From Candidatus Heimdallarchaeota archaeon (GTDB taxonomy: Archaea > Asgardarchaeota > Heimdallarchaeia > Hodarchaeales > Hodarchaeaceae), in assembly GCA_020353515.1 (NCBI GenBank), contig CP070695.1, forward strand, positions 3,678,277 to 3,742,276: a stretch of DNA of 64,000 nt. The letters are read 5' to 3'. The notes under the pieces were generated by a model. The model was not told where the DNA came from. It did not search any database and worked only from the letters and a program-made list of their open reading frames with translations. Positions 38,371 through 48,226 of this stretch are shown here, piece after piece (position 1 is the stretch's first letter; each line of letters opens with the position of its first letter). The translations under genes were made by a program, and so were the position numbers.

Positions 38371-40695
38371 TCAACTCCTCTGTTTCAACGCTTCCAATAC
38401 CCTTTCAGGGGACGCTGGAAGCTTTGTTAACGATATTCCAGTTGCGTGCTGGAAAGCATTGAGAATAGCGGGAGGTACTCCAATTATGGAATGCTCTGCC
38501 ATTGGTCTAGCTCCAAAAGGGCCGTTTGGTTGGGGATTCTCTATTAAAATGCAAGTGGATTTTTTGGGCATATCAGATAATGTCGGGATTTGATACTTCC
38601 TCAAACTTTTAGTTCTCATGATTCCTTTTTCATCAAATAAGATTCTCTCTTTCAATGCAGCTCCTATTCCCATCATAACTCCCCCTGTAATTTGACCACG
38701 TGATGTTTCAGGATTGATCACTCTTCCGATATCTAGAGCTGTAACGAAGTGGAGAACTTTTATTTTTCCAGTGGCCTTTTCAATACTTATATCACATCCT
38801 TGTGCTCCAAAAGTCCACTCGTAGGGTTGATATTGGCCTGTTTCGAGATCAGGAAAGGTTACGTCTCTCACAACAGAAGATCCAACGGATAGAATGGGAT
38901 CACCTACTGTATGACCATCCTCGTATTGGTATCCAAGAACTAGTTCTTTGAGTGGAATTGATTTACCCAAATATGAAACTGTTCTCCCATCATACACCAA
39001 ATCTTGTGAATTACAATTGAAGACTAATGCAGCGTTGTTTTTAAATTGGGTAATTGCCTTATCACAAGCATTGAGTATTGCATTTCCAACCCTCATTGTC
39101 GTCATACTTGCAACAGTTTGCCACTCATAAGGAGTGATTTGTGTGTTAATTTCATGGTTTATTCTAATATTTTCAACAGGAATTCTCAATTTCTCTGCAG
39201 CTATTTGAGCCAAAACCGTTAAACATCCTTGGCCCATTTCAACCCCCCCTATCGAAATATTGACGGTTAAATCCTCATTAAACTTTAAGAAAACGTTAGA
39301 GGAAGCATTTGTAGTTTGTACAGGTGACTTAATTAACGCAGCAACTCCTCGGCCATAGATGAAATTATTATCCTCTTCAGGTAACTGATCGAATGACAAA
39401 GCTTCATTCATTTTTTCAAAACATTCTCTAATATCGCCATTATGTTCAGTTATCGTTTGATTAAGGGAATTTGTGTCACCAGGTTTTAGGAAATTCTTCA
39501 TCCGTAGTTTCTTTGAATCTATTCCAAGCAGATTCGCTACTTGTTCGATCAACCTTTCTAGACAAAACTGCCCTTCAGGATGTCCATAACCCCTCATTGC
39601 TCCTACTGGGGGAGTATTTGTATATACTCCATACGATTTAAGATTACAGTTCGGAAAATTATACGGCCCCGCGCAATTATGACCTGCAGCTAACACAACA
39701 TTACAACTTGTGTCTCCATAGGCCCCATCTGAAAAATATAATTGAGCTTCAAGTCCCATAAAGGTACCATCTTTTTTCGCTCCAATTTTCATTGTTCCTT
39801 TCAAACCTCGGCCTAGAACTGTGCCAATAAACACCTCTTTTCGGGTGAGAACGAATTTAACATGGTGCCCTGGAACATATCGGGCGCAAGCAGCTAAAAG
39901 TGGCTCAATTGTGTAATCAGATTTCCCACCGAAACCACCTCCAAGAAAAGGAACATTTATGTGGATTTTATTCATAGGGAGCTCAAAAATATCTGATAAT
40001 ACTTCCCGTACAACAAAGGGGGCTTGGGAACTGCTCCAGATATGCAAATCTCCAGTTTGAGTCCAATAAGCTACCGCTCCATGAGGTTCGATTGTGGCAT
40101 GATTCAATAAGGGATATTCAAATTCATTTTCTACTGTTATATCGGCCTCAAGAAATACATTCTCATGATTACCCTTTTTCAATTGATATTTGTAGAATAT
40201 GTTCGTCTTGGGTATTGGGACAAACGTTGGGACATGCTTGTATTCACCATTCTGTTTATGAATCAGAGGAGCTTCTGGAGAAGAAGCCTCAATCGGATCC
40301 AAGACAAAAGGTAATTCTTCAAGTTCTACTTTAATTTTTTTGATCGCATCAAGCGCATTCTTCTCACTTTCCGCTATAACAGCCGCAACAACTTCACCTG
40401 GATGTCTAACCTTTTCAAATGCCATTATAGGTTGATCAAATATGCAAGTTCCGTATAATACGTTTTTATAAATTCCCTCTGTATTTCTACTAATAATTTT
40501 ATATACTCCCTCAAGGGATTCAGCCTCAGATGTATCAATTGATTTTATCTGAGCATGAGGAACACCAGCACGTAAAACCTTCAGGTATAATGTTCGGGGA
40601 AATCGTAAATCGTCGATATAAAGAGCAGAACCAGTTACTTTAGCTTTTGCATCTGTTCGGGATATTGATTTCCCAATTATATTGTAAGGCGACAA
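38371..40695 (-). CDS. Xanthine dehydrogenase/aldehyde oxidoreductase-family molybdopterin subunit
   Basis: KVTGSALY, GGGFGGK, AMRGYG, EMGQG, GRVINP, catalytic Glu in MAEHS. Confidence 0.92.
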   Translation of the reverse strand: MSPYNIIGKSISRTDAKAKVTGSALYIDDLRFPRTLYLKVLRAGVPHAQIKSIDTSEAESLEGVYKIISRNTEGIYKNVLYGTCIFDQPIMAFEKVRHPGEVVAAVIAESEKNALDAIKKIKVELEELPFVLDPIEASSPEAPLIHKQNGEYKHVPTFVPIPKTNIFYKYQLKKGNHENVFLEADITVENEFEYPLLNHATIEPHGAVAYWTQTGDLHIWSSSQAPFVVREVLSDIFELPMNKIHINVPFLGGGFGGKSDYTIEPLLAACARYVPGHHVKFVLTRKEVFIGTVLGRGLKGTMKIGAKKDGTFMGLEAQLYFSDGAYGDTSCNVVLAAGHNCAGPYNFPNCNLKSYGVYTNTPPVGAMRGYGHPEGQFCLERLIEQVANLLGIDSKKLRMKNFLKPGDTNSLNQTITEHNGDIRECFEKMNEALSFDQLPEEDNNFIYGRGVAALIKSPVQTTNASSNVFLKFNEDLTVNISIGGVEMGQGCLTVLAQIAAEKLRIPVENIRINHEINTQITPYEWQTVASMTTMRVGNAILNACDKAITQFKNNAALVFNCNSQDLVYDGRTVSYLGKSIPLKELVLGYQYEDGHTVGDPILSVGSSVVRDVTFPDLETGQYQPYEWTFGAQGCDISIEKATGKIKVLHFVTALDIGRVINPETSRGQITGGVMMGIGAALKERILFDEKGIMRTKSLRKYQIPTLSDMPKKSTCILIENPQPNGPFGARPMAEHSIIGVPPAILNAFQHATGISLTKLPASPERVLEALKQRS

Positions 40696-40804
40696 TATGA
40701 ACCCTCAATTGTGTTCTTCCATTTACCATTAATGTTAAATGTTCTATCAAGACCTTTTTAAAAGGCTAATGCCCACCATGTTATTCTGATGAACCTAATG
40801 GTAG

Positions 40805-42061
40805 ATGAATATGTTTGACGTTTTACTTAATGAAAAAGAAACTGAATTGAAATATCAAACCAGAGAATTTGTTAAAAGCATTCCCTCATCTTGGCTCCGA
40901 AAAATGGATCGTGAGGAAATTCAGTACCCCACAGATTATGTAAAGAAGTTGGGAAAAGAAGAATTACTGGGAGTACGATTTCCCTCTAAATATGGAGGTA
41001 AAAACCTTGGATGGGTTGCGGAAACAGCAGCTATAGAAGAAATTGGTGTATTGGGCCCAAGTTTGGGGTGTTTATACTCTCTAGTTAGTATTGTTGGGGA
41101 AGCTATTCATCATTATGGAAATGAAGACCAAAAGAAGAAATACTTAGAACCAATAATAAAAGGAAAATTATTTTGTGCTGAAGCTCTGACAGAACCGAGA
41201 GGAGGTTCTGACTTCTTTGGCGCTACTTGTATTGCTGAAAAACAGGGTGATGATTTCATTCTTAATGGCCAGAAACGTTTTGTAGTGGGGTCAGAGGGAG
41301 CTGATTTCTTCCTTGTATATGCAAAGACCGATTTAAAAGCAATAGATCCCAAGAAATCAATAAGTACCTTTATTGTTCAACGAGATAAAGGAGTAGAGGT
41401 AAAACACGTTTACGGCCTGATGGGAAGCCGCGGAGGAGGCACGGGAAGAATAAACTTCAATAATGTGGAGGTTCCAGGCGAAAATTTGGTTGGAGAGATC
41501 AATCAAGGTGGAGAGATCTTCAATCAGATGATGATTCCTGAACGAATGACTAGTGCTTCAGGTGCCATTGGATCAGCAAGAGCTGGATTAGAGGTCGCAG
41601 CAAAATATAGTAATCGTCGAAAAGCATTTGGACAAGTAATTAGGAAATTTCAAGCGGTCAGTTTTAAACTTGCAGATAGTGTCACTCTTCTTGATGCAGC
41701 AAGATCATTGATCTATAGCACGGCAAGTACAATCGACGCCAATCAGGGAATAACTTCTGGGAATATTCGCCGTATGGTTTCCGAAAGTAAAAAATTTGCT
41801 ACTGATGCTGCTTGGGAGGTTATTAATCATGCCATGCAAATAATGGGAGGAATCGGGTATACCAATGTGTATCCAGTAGAAAGATTACTGAGAGACATTA
41901 GACTGATGAGCATTTGGACTGGAACAAATGAAATAATGAATCTCTTAATCCAACATGAATATTATCGTGAGCTTCTTGGACAACCTGAGAATTTAATTCC
42001 TCGAAATGTCGAGGAAGATGCTGTTGGAGCTGAATATGCGGAAGAAAAGGTCTTTGAGTGA
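40805..42061 (+). CDS. Acyl-CoA dehydrogenase
   Basis: [39 protein letters not shown]. Confidence 0.92.
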   Translation: MNMFDVLLNEKETELKYQTREFVKSIPSSWLRKMDREEIQYPTDYVKKLGKEELLGVRFPSKYGGKNLGWVAETAAIEEIGVLGPSLGCLYSLVSIVGEAIHHYGNEDQKKKYLEPIIKGKLFCAEALTEPRGGSDFFGATCIAEKQGDDFILNGQKRFVVGSEGADFFLVYAKTDLKAIDPKKSISTFIVQRDKGVEVKHVYGLMGSRGGGTGRINFNNVEVPGENLVGEINQGGEIFNQMMIPERMTSASGAIGSARAGLEVAAKYSNRRKAFGQVIRKFQAVSFKLADSVTLLDAARSLIYSTASTIDANQGITSGNIRRMVSESKKFATDAAWEVINHAMQIMGGIGYTNVYPVERLLRDIRLMSIWTGTNEIMNLLIQHEYYRELLGQPENLIPRNVEEDAVGAEYAEEKVFE

Positions 42062-42086
42062 CTCAATCTGTGAATGGTGAATTCCA

Positions 42087-43667
42087 ATGGCTGTTGTGAA
42101 GACACACATCATTCACCAACAATATCGTGATTCAGTTCAATTAATGCGTGCTTCTTCAGTTGCTAGTAAATTGGAAGGAATTAGAATAGCTTCGGTATTA
42201 ATGGGAACTCCAAAGAATAAACCTTTGCTAGAAGAGGTTGGTCTCCTTACTTCTGAAGCAATGGATGCTGGTGCAAATGACATTATTATATCAATCAAAG
42301 CATCCACGGAAGTATTTGCAAATGAAGCTATTAAATTCATTATTGAGTACATGAATCAACAAGAGATAGATAAGGAAGACACTCTCAAAACTTACCGTTC
42401 AATAAGAGGTGCAATCACAGGAATCCCTGAAGCCAATTTAACTGTTATTTCTGTACCAGGTGAATATGCAGCCCGTGAAACTCGTCTTGCATTAGAACAA
42501 AATCTCAATGTTATGCTATTCTCGGACAATGTATCGTTAGAAGATGAGATCGCGTTAAAGAAGTATGCTCATGAAAAAGGACTCATTGTAATGGGGCCTG
42601 ATTGTGGAACAGCAATGATCAAGAACATTGGGTTAGGATTTGCAAATGTAGTTTCCCCAGGGCCAATTGGGATTGTTGCAGCATCAGGGACAGGTACACA
42701 AGAAGTAATGGTTCTATGTCATCGTATAGGTGTTGGGGTTACCCATGCAATTGGAACAGGTTCACGGGATGTGAAGGAAGCCATTGGAGGCATCTCAATG
42801 ATCGATGGGCTAAACGCCCTTGATCGAGATGAAAATGTTGAATTAATTCTTATTATTTCTAAACCACCAGACGAGAAAATCCTCCGTCGCGTGTTAGATG
42901 AAGTTAAAAGATGTCAGAAACCTATAATTATTAATTTCCTCGGAAAAAAAGCAGGTTATTGTGATCTTACTAGAAAAATTCTAACAGTTGACACTTTAGA
43001 AGAAGTTGCTTATTCTGCTAGTCATTTTATACAATCAAATGAATTAAAACGAGTTTCTGTAACCTTTGAAGATAAAGAACATGTAAAAAAGATTCTATAT
43101 GAAACACGTTCTATCTTGGTTCCTGAACAGAAATATATTCGGGGTTTATTTGCTGGAGGTACTTTTACATTTGAAGCTGCCATGATAATTTCAAATATTT
43201 TACCATCAACAGACAATTTATGGACGAATGTGAAGCTAGAGAGCACTAATCTTATTGATAACCCGTTTAGAAGTAAAGAACACACACTGATTGATATGGG
43301 ATCTGATGAATTCACTGTTGGAAAACCTCATCCTATGATTGATCAGACAGAACGTACAAGGAGATTTCTAGAAGAAATAAATGATCCTCAGACAGCAGTC
43401 ATTTTAATGGATTTCATATTGGGTTGGGGTTCGCATGAGGATCCAGTGATTGATATGCGAAAAGCATTTTCCCAATGGAATTCTTTAAATCGAAAGATCC
43501 CGATAGTTTCCCATATCTGTGGAACTGAACTCGACCCTCAAGATTTAAATAAGTCAATATCAGAATTAACTGCCAACGGGGTATATATTATGCCTACTAA
43601 TGCTCAAGCAGCTAGATTGGCAGCATTAATTGCAATCCGGAACGAAGGAACAAAAGGGGTTTATTGA
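42087..43667 (+). CDS. fdrA: FdrA/AllF acyl-CoA-synthetase-like protein
   Basis: YRDSVQLM, SVPGEYA, MGPDCGT, ASGTG, RGLFAGGT, GKPHPMID. Confidence 0.9.
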   Translation: MAVVKTHIIHQQYRDSVQLMRASSVASKLEGIRIASVLMGTPKNKPLLEEVGLLTSEAMDAGANDIIISIKASTEVFANEAIKFIIEYMNQQEIDKEDTLKTYRSIRGAITGIPEANLTVISVPGEYAARETRLALEQNLNVMLFSDNVSLEDEIALKKYAHEKGLIVMGPDCGTAMIKNIGLGFANVVSPGPIGIVAASGTGTQEVMVLCHRIGVGVTHAIGTGSRDVKEAIGGISMIDGLNALDRDENVELILIISKPPDEKILRRVLDEVKRCQKPIIINFLGKKAGYCDLTRKILTVDTLEEVAYSASHFIQSNELKRVSVTFEDKEHVKKILYETRSILVPEQKYIRGLFAGGTFTFEAAMIISNILPSTDNLWTNVKLESTNLIDNPFRSKEHTLIDMGSDEFTVGKPHPMIDQTERTRRFLEEINDPQTAVILMDFILGWGSHEDPVIDMRKAFSQWNSLNRKIPIVSHICGTELDPQDLNKSISELTANGVYIMPTNAQAARLAALIAIRNEGTKGVY

Positions 43668-43837
43668 TGAATAAGATTGATGAATTATTATCTACTGGAC
43701 CAATAGTTCTGAACATTGGTTTGAAATCGTTTTTCGAATCATGTGAGTCTCAAGGGATTCCTACTGTTCATATTCGTTGGGAACCTCCTGCCCATGGCGA
43801 TCCTGAACTTCTAAAAATTTTAGATAAATTACTCTAA
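43667..43837 (+). CDS. 56-aa FdrA-associated small protein (not in ORF track)
   Basis: TGATG overlap with the fdrA stop. MNKIDELLSTGPIVLNIGLKSFFESCESQGIPTVHIRWEPPAHGDPELLKILDKLL matches the NxGL..F...W.PPA.G segment of FdrA/YlbE systems. Confidence 0.85.
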   Translation: MNKIDELLSTGPIVLNIGLKSFFESCESQGIPTVHIRWEPPAHGDPELLKILDKLL

Positions 43838-43871
43838 GCAGACACCTTATTGATAAAAGGAAAAGATTGCA

Positions 43872-45125
43872 ATGGATATCAAAGAGAAGATTGAAACTGC
43901 AAATAAGCTAGCATTAAACAAAATGGCTTCTATTCAACCAATTTTGGTGGATATAAAGTTAGAGGCAATGAGTATAATCCCAAGAATGGATAACCAAACT
44001 ATTCTTCACGCAGGGCCTCCAATTGAATGGGGACGTATGTGTGGTCCAATGCAGGGAGCTATAGCAGGTATTCTTGTGTATGAAGAATTAGCTAATGATA
44101 CTGAGGAAGCTTACAAGTTAGCTGCTTCAGGGGATATAAAGTTTAATTGTAACCATGATCATGATGCAGTAGGACCCATGACTGGAGTGACATCTCCCCA
44201 TCAACCAGTTTTTGTACTTGAGGATAAAGAAAGCAAAAAGCAAGCATATTGTACGCTTAATGAAGGAAGGGGAAAGGTATTACGCTTCGGTGGGTGGGAT
44301 TCAGAGGTACTGGAAAGATTGAACTGGATGAAGGAAGTTTTAGCACCTACATTGAAAAAAGCAATTCATCATGCCAATGGAATCGATATCAAAGCCATAA
44401 TTTCTGAATCATTACATATGGGAGATGAAGCTCATAATAGAAATAGATCAGGAACATATCTTTTCATTAGTGAGATTGTCCCCCATCTAATAGATACTAC
44501 AGACAACGCTACAGCGAAAGAAGTATTTTTGTTCTTAAAAGAAAATGCAGATATCTTTAATTTGAACCTTTCAATGCCACACTCAAAATTGATTGCAGAT
44601 GCTGCAAGAGACATTGAATATTGTCCATTAGTTGTTGCTATGGCTCGTAATGGAACCGATATTGGAATTCAAGTTTCTGCTTTAGGTAGAAGGTGGTTCA
44701 CAGCACCAGCTTCAAAAGTAGAGGGATTATACTTCCCAGGGTATTCTGAAAAGGATGCCTGCCCCGATTTAGGTGATTCAACAATATCTGAAGTGATTGG
44801 AATCGGTGGATTCGCAATGGCTGCTTCCCCAGCTATCGTATCATTTGTAGGTGGCTCCGCTGTAGAAGCAGTTCAACGAACTGAACGAATGTATGAAATA
44901 ACTGCTGGAAGAAGTAATATGTTTACAATACCTAGTTTGAATTTTCGTGGGTCACCTACTGGTATTGATGTTCGAAAAGTAGTTGAACTTAATGAAACAC
45001 CATTAATCAATACAGGAATTGCTCACAAAGAAGCAGGAATTGGCCAAATTGGCGCTGGACTTACATCTGCACCTCTGGAGATGTTTCATGAAGCTTTAAG
45101 ATCTTTTGGCAAAAAATACCTATAA
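43872..45125 (+). CDS. ylbE: YlbE/AllG (DUF1116) family protein
   Basis: LHAGPPI, AVGPMTG, LHMGDEAHNRN, MARNG, DLGDS, INTGIAHK..GIGQIGAG. Confidence 0.88.
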   Translation: MDIKEKIETANKLALNKMASIQPILVDIKLEAMSIIPRMDNQTILHAGPPIEWGRMCGPMQGAIAGILVYEELANDTEEAYKLAASGDIKFNCNHDHDAVGPMTGVTSPHQPVFVLEDKESKKQAYCTLNEGRGKVLRFGGWDSEVLERLNWMKEVLAPTLKKAIHHANGIDIKAIISESLHMGDEAHNRNRSGTYLFISEIVPHLIDTTDNATAKEVFLFLKENADIFNLNLSMPHSKLIADAARDIEYCPLVVAMARNGTDIGIQVSALGRRWFTAPASKVEGLYFPGYSEKDACPDLGDSTISEVIGIGGFAMAASPAIVSFVGGSAVEAVQRTERMYEITAGRSNMFTIPSLNFRGSPTGIDVRKVVELNETPLINTGIAHKEAGIGQIGAGLTSAPLEMFHEALRSFGKKYL

Positions 45126-45157
45126 TTACTGTAATTACTTAAAATCCAGGAGTTAAT

Positions 45158-45691
45158 TTGATGGATTCTCACATATTGGATCATTCTCATAAACCAGATC
45201 AATTAAGACAAGAATTAGTAACACTACTTACTAATTATAATCTTAAAACTGACCATATATCAGTTGCTGCAACCCCATTAGCCACGATTGCAACTTCTGC
45301 TACTATTCTTACTTTTCTATCAATTCAATTATTCATGAATAGTTTAAATTCAATGTCTCGGTTACTCGCTGGGATAAACGTTATCATTCTTCTTATAATG
45401 GTTTTTATTTCACTTCTCTTACAAATGATGATTTATAGGGCAAAATTACGTCTTGCTTGGGTGAATCATGATATAAAAGCACAGGGAATTCTTGAGTGCA
45501 AAGAATTCACTCCTGAACAACATACATATCTTGTTAAAATGAGCCACATAGCTCAAAAAGGATCAAAGATGATCGACCGTATTCAATGGCTTTATTTTCA
45601 TGGTCTTTGGCGTATCCTTTATGCATTCTTAATTATCTGTGTATCCATTCTTATTCTACTAATTCTTACTGAAATTCCACTTAGAATTTAA
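45158..45691 (+). CDS. Hypothetical 3-TM membrane protein
   Basis: Three hydrophobic segments; GGAG RBS upstream. Confidence 0.6.
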   Translation: MMDSHILDHSHKPDQLRQELVTLLTNYNLKTDHISVAATPLATIATSATILTFLSIQLFMNSLNSMSRLLAGINVIILLIMVFISLLLQMMIYRAKLRLAWVNHDIKAQGILECKEFTPEQHTYLVKMSHIAQKGSKMIDRIQWLYFHGLWRILYAFLIICVSILILLILTEIPLRI

Positions 45692-45779
45692 TCTCATTTT
45701 GAAACAATCGAAATCAATTAATAGTCTATTTTACACTGACTATTATTATTCTGCAAAATCAGACATTGGAGATGCTGAG

Positions 45780-45962
45780 ATGCTATTAGGAAGTAAAGAG
45801 CACTTACTTGAAATCCAAAAACGAGTAAATGAAAATGAGGAATACTTGGAAATGACAAAGGGAGAAGGAAAAAAGGCTTGGAGAACAATAATTCAAAATC
45901 TCATTGTAAGTCCTCCTCCAATAATAGTATCGAAAAAAATTAAAAAAAATTATCAGAGCTAA
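45780..45962 (+). pseudogene. Probable truncated gene remnant (SCP2-like N-terminus)
   Basis: GGAG RBS, then MLLGSKEHLLEIQKRVNENEEYLEM resembling the first helix of SCP2-domain proteins. The sequence then degrades into A-rich DNA. Confidence 0.3.
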
Positions 45963-46091
45963 ACGTCCAAAAGCTCACTATAAAGTAGGTAACCGCTTAC
46001 AGACCTATGGAACAATTTTAATGAAAAGAATGCTCTCTGAGAATTTGACTCTAAGAATAACTGAAATGTTTTACGGATTATAAATCATTTA

Positions 46092-46535
46092 ATGAAGGGA
46101 TTAATTGTGAAAAAGGATTATACAAAATATGATATTTATATTGCTTATCTTGAAATAATTGGAGCCTTAGTAATGATCGGATTTTGGATCGGATGGTTTC
46201 TCGATATTTTGAAGTCTTCTCTTCCTGATCCATTATTCGACACCTACTTAGCTTTCGAATCAGCCTTCCCTGTTGCTGATGCTTGGATTGTTATTTTATT
46301 GTTGATTTCTGCGTATGGTATTTTAACAGAAAAATCATATGGATCATTTTTCGCATCCGCAGCGGGCGGGACGCTTGTCTTTCTAGGATTAATTGATATT
46401 TCTTTTAATTTACAACAAGGAATTTACGACCATGATCTATTGGCTATTCCTATTAACCTGGCTGCAACAATAGGTGGAGGAGCTTTATTAACGTGGTTTG
46501 CACGGTACCACTTTCAACCTAATAATGATGTGTGA
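46092..46535 (+). CDS. Hypothetical 4-TM membrane protein
   Basis: Four TM segments with a FESAFPVAD motif. Confidence 0.7.
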   Translation: MKGLIVKKDYTKYDIYIAYLEIIGALVMIGFWIGWFLDILKSSLPDPLFDTYLAFESAFPVADAWIVILLLISAYGILTEKSYGSFFASAAGGTLVFLGLIDISFNLQQGIYDHDLLAIPINLAATIGGGALLTWFARYHFQPNNDV

Positions 46536-46538
46536 AAA

Positions 46539-47081
46539 ATGTCGTTCCCTATGAAAATTATTATGATAGGTGAGGTCAGGAAAGCGGAAATCCTGAAATT
46601 CTATGGAGAGGTCTATAAGAGTGATTTTACGTTAATAGAGGGGGATTTCGCCTTTAAAATTATGAATATAGGCGGTAACACCTTTCAATTCCAAGTCTGG
46701 CAATTATCCCTTGACCCCTCGTTTAGAATTGAAAGAAGAAGATACTATTACGGAGCACTTGGTGCGATTATGGTGCTTGATGTTCTTAATTTGGAAAGCT
46801 TTCATAATTTGCCCTCATGGATAAATGAAATTTGGCATTATAATGGCTTAGAAAAATCAATTCCAATAGTTATTGTGGGTATTAATATCCATGAAAGGGT
46901 GAACACTAGTAAATATATTACTGATGAAGAAATTCATAATTTTTCAAACGAAATGAATCGGAAACATCAAGCAAATATCAACTATATCGCTGTCGATGAA
47001 CGTACAGGTGAAAATGTTGCTCAAATTTGGGATACACTTGGAAGATGGTACATTAGATATTTACAGCAGTTGGAATCATAG
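46539..47081 (+). CDS. Rab-like small GTPase-fold protein with degenerate G motifs
   Basis: Rab scaffold retained (DFAFK, FQVW, YYYGALGAIMVLDV..ESFHNLPSWINE, IPIVIVG, TGENV), but G1, G3, G4 and G5 are altered. Confidence 0.8.
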   Translation: MSFPMKIIMIGEVRKAEILKFYGEVYKSDFTLIEGDFAFKIMNIGGNTFQFQVWQLSLDPSFRIERRRYYYGALGAIMVLDVLNLESFHNLPSWINEIWHYNGLEKSIPIVIVGINIHERVNTSKYITDEEIHNFSNEMNRKHQANINYIAVDERTGENVAQIWDTLGRWYIRYLQQLES

Positions 47082-47093
47082 AGTCTATTTTGT

Positions 47094-48218
47094 TTGAAAT
47101 ATCAAGAGTGGCCAGTTATGATCCAGCAAATACCACAGAATCAATTAATGAACTTTTGGCATTATTTTAAGAACCATAAAATGAAGAACCCATTAGCACA
47201 GAATTTAGCTTGGTCGAAAGTGAAAGGATTTTCAGATAATTTAGATAATCCAGATATAGTGATGTTTCTGTTTAATCATTGGGCCTGTTATTTGGCTGGA
47301 AACAACGAATCAGAGAAGCTCAAAGAATTTTTAGCGAAAATTCCAGAGAAAGCAATTATCTATGTTCCCTCCCTAGAGTGGGAACCAAGACTCAAACCTT
47401 ATTGGACTTATTTTGGATATTTATCTCGCACAGAGCTCTCCGCACAGAACTTATCATTAGAGAAGATTCGACGACTATCAACTGCATTACCTGAAGGATT
47501 TCAGATTAAAAGGGTTGACTTAGAAGTAGCAAAACGAATTTTAAGTCAAAATTTAGCTGATCATTGGGTTAACGTAATTAACTATCTTGGAGGGCCCGAG
47601 AAATTTATTGAGGAAGGAGTAGGATTCTGTATTCAGGAAGGTGAGAAAGTTGTTTCTATAGTGATGGGATATAAGGCGTCTATGCCTATTACTCAAAGTA
47701 TTGAATTGGATATTGTAACTCACCCAGATTATCGTGGAAGAGGTTTCGCGACATTAGTAAGTGCTAAACTGATTGAGTATTTATTAAAAGAGGGAATTGA
47801 ACCACATTGGGATGCTGCAAACCCCCTATCTTCAAAATTAGCCACTAAGTTGGGATTTACAGATCCTGAACCATATAAATGTTATTATTGGCGGAATAAA
47901 CCATGGACCATTTCAGAACTTAAAGAAGCTTATGATTCACAATTTAAGAAAGGCTTGGAAAATTTTGAACTTCTCAAATCAGAGATGGGCTCATTTTCTG
48001 CGAAAGGACAGGAAAATGTAGTTAAATATTCCCTCTTGTCCCGCTTGAACAAAATTTATGAATCCATAAATGGAATTCTCTTGAATATCAATCGTTTTCT
48101 TGAATCTAGAATTGTAGCTGACTCTGATATACCTCAATTCAAAGAATATGCTAAGAAGATTAACCTACAACTCAACACTATAGATAAACTTAAACATGAA
48201 ATTCTAAGTCTAGATTGA
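47094..48218 (+). CDS. GNAT acetyltransferase with C-terminal helical extension
   Basis: ELDIVTHPDYRGRGFA, PHWDAAN..S.KLA.KLGF; ~100-aa helical tail. Confidence 0.82.
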   Translation: MKYQEWPVMIQQIPQNQLMNFWHYFKNHKMKNPLAQNLAWSKVKGFSDNLDNPDIVMFLFNHWACYLAGNNESEKLKEFLAKIPEKAIIYVPSLEWEPRLKPYWTYFGYLSRTELSAQNLSLEKIRRLSTALPEGFQIKRVDLEVAKRILSQNLADHWVNVINYLGGPEKFIEEGVGFCIQEGEKVVSIVMGYKASMPITQSIELDIVTHPDYRGRGFATLVSAKLIEYLLKEGIEPHWDAANPLSSKLATKLGFTDPEPYKCYYWRNKPWTISELKEAYDSQFKKGLENFELLKSEMGSFSAKGQENVVKYSLLSRLNKIYESINGILLNINRFLESRIVADSDIPQFKEYAKKINLQLNTIDKLKHEILSLD

Positions 48219-48226
48219 AACCTATC

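Noticed and set aside
38371-40695. Aerobic CO dehydrogenase CoxL
   Set aside because: Lacks the AYxCSFR (form I) and AYRGAGR (form II) active-site loops; it has AMRGYG.
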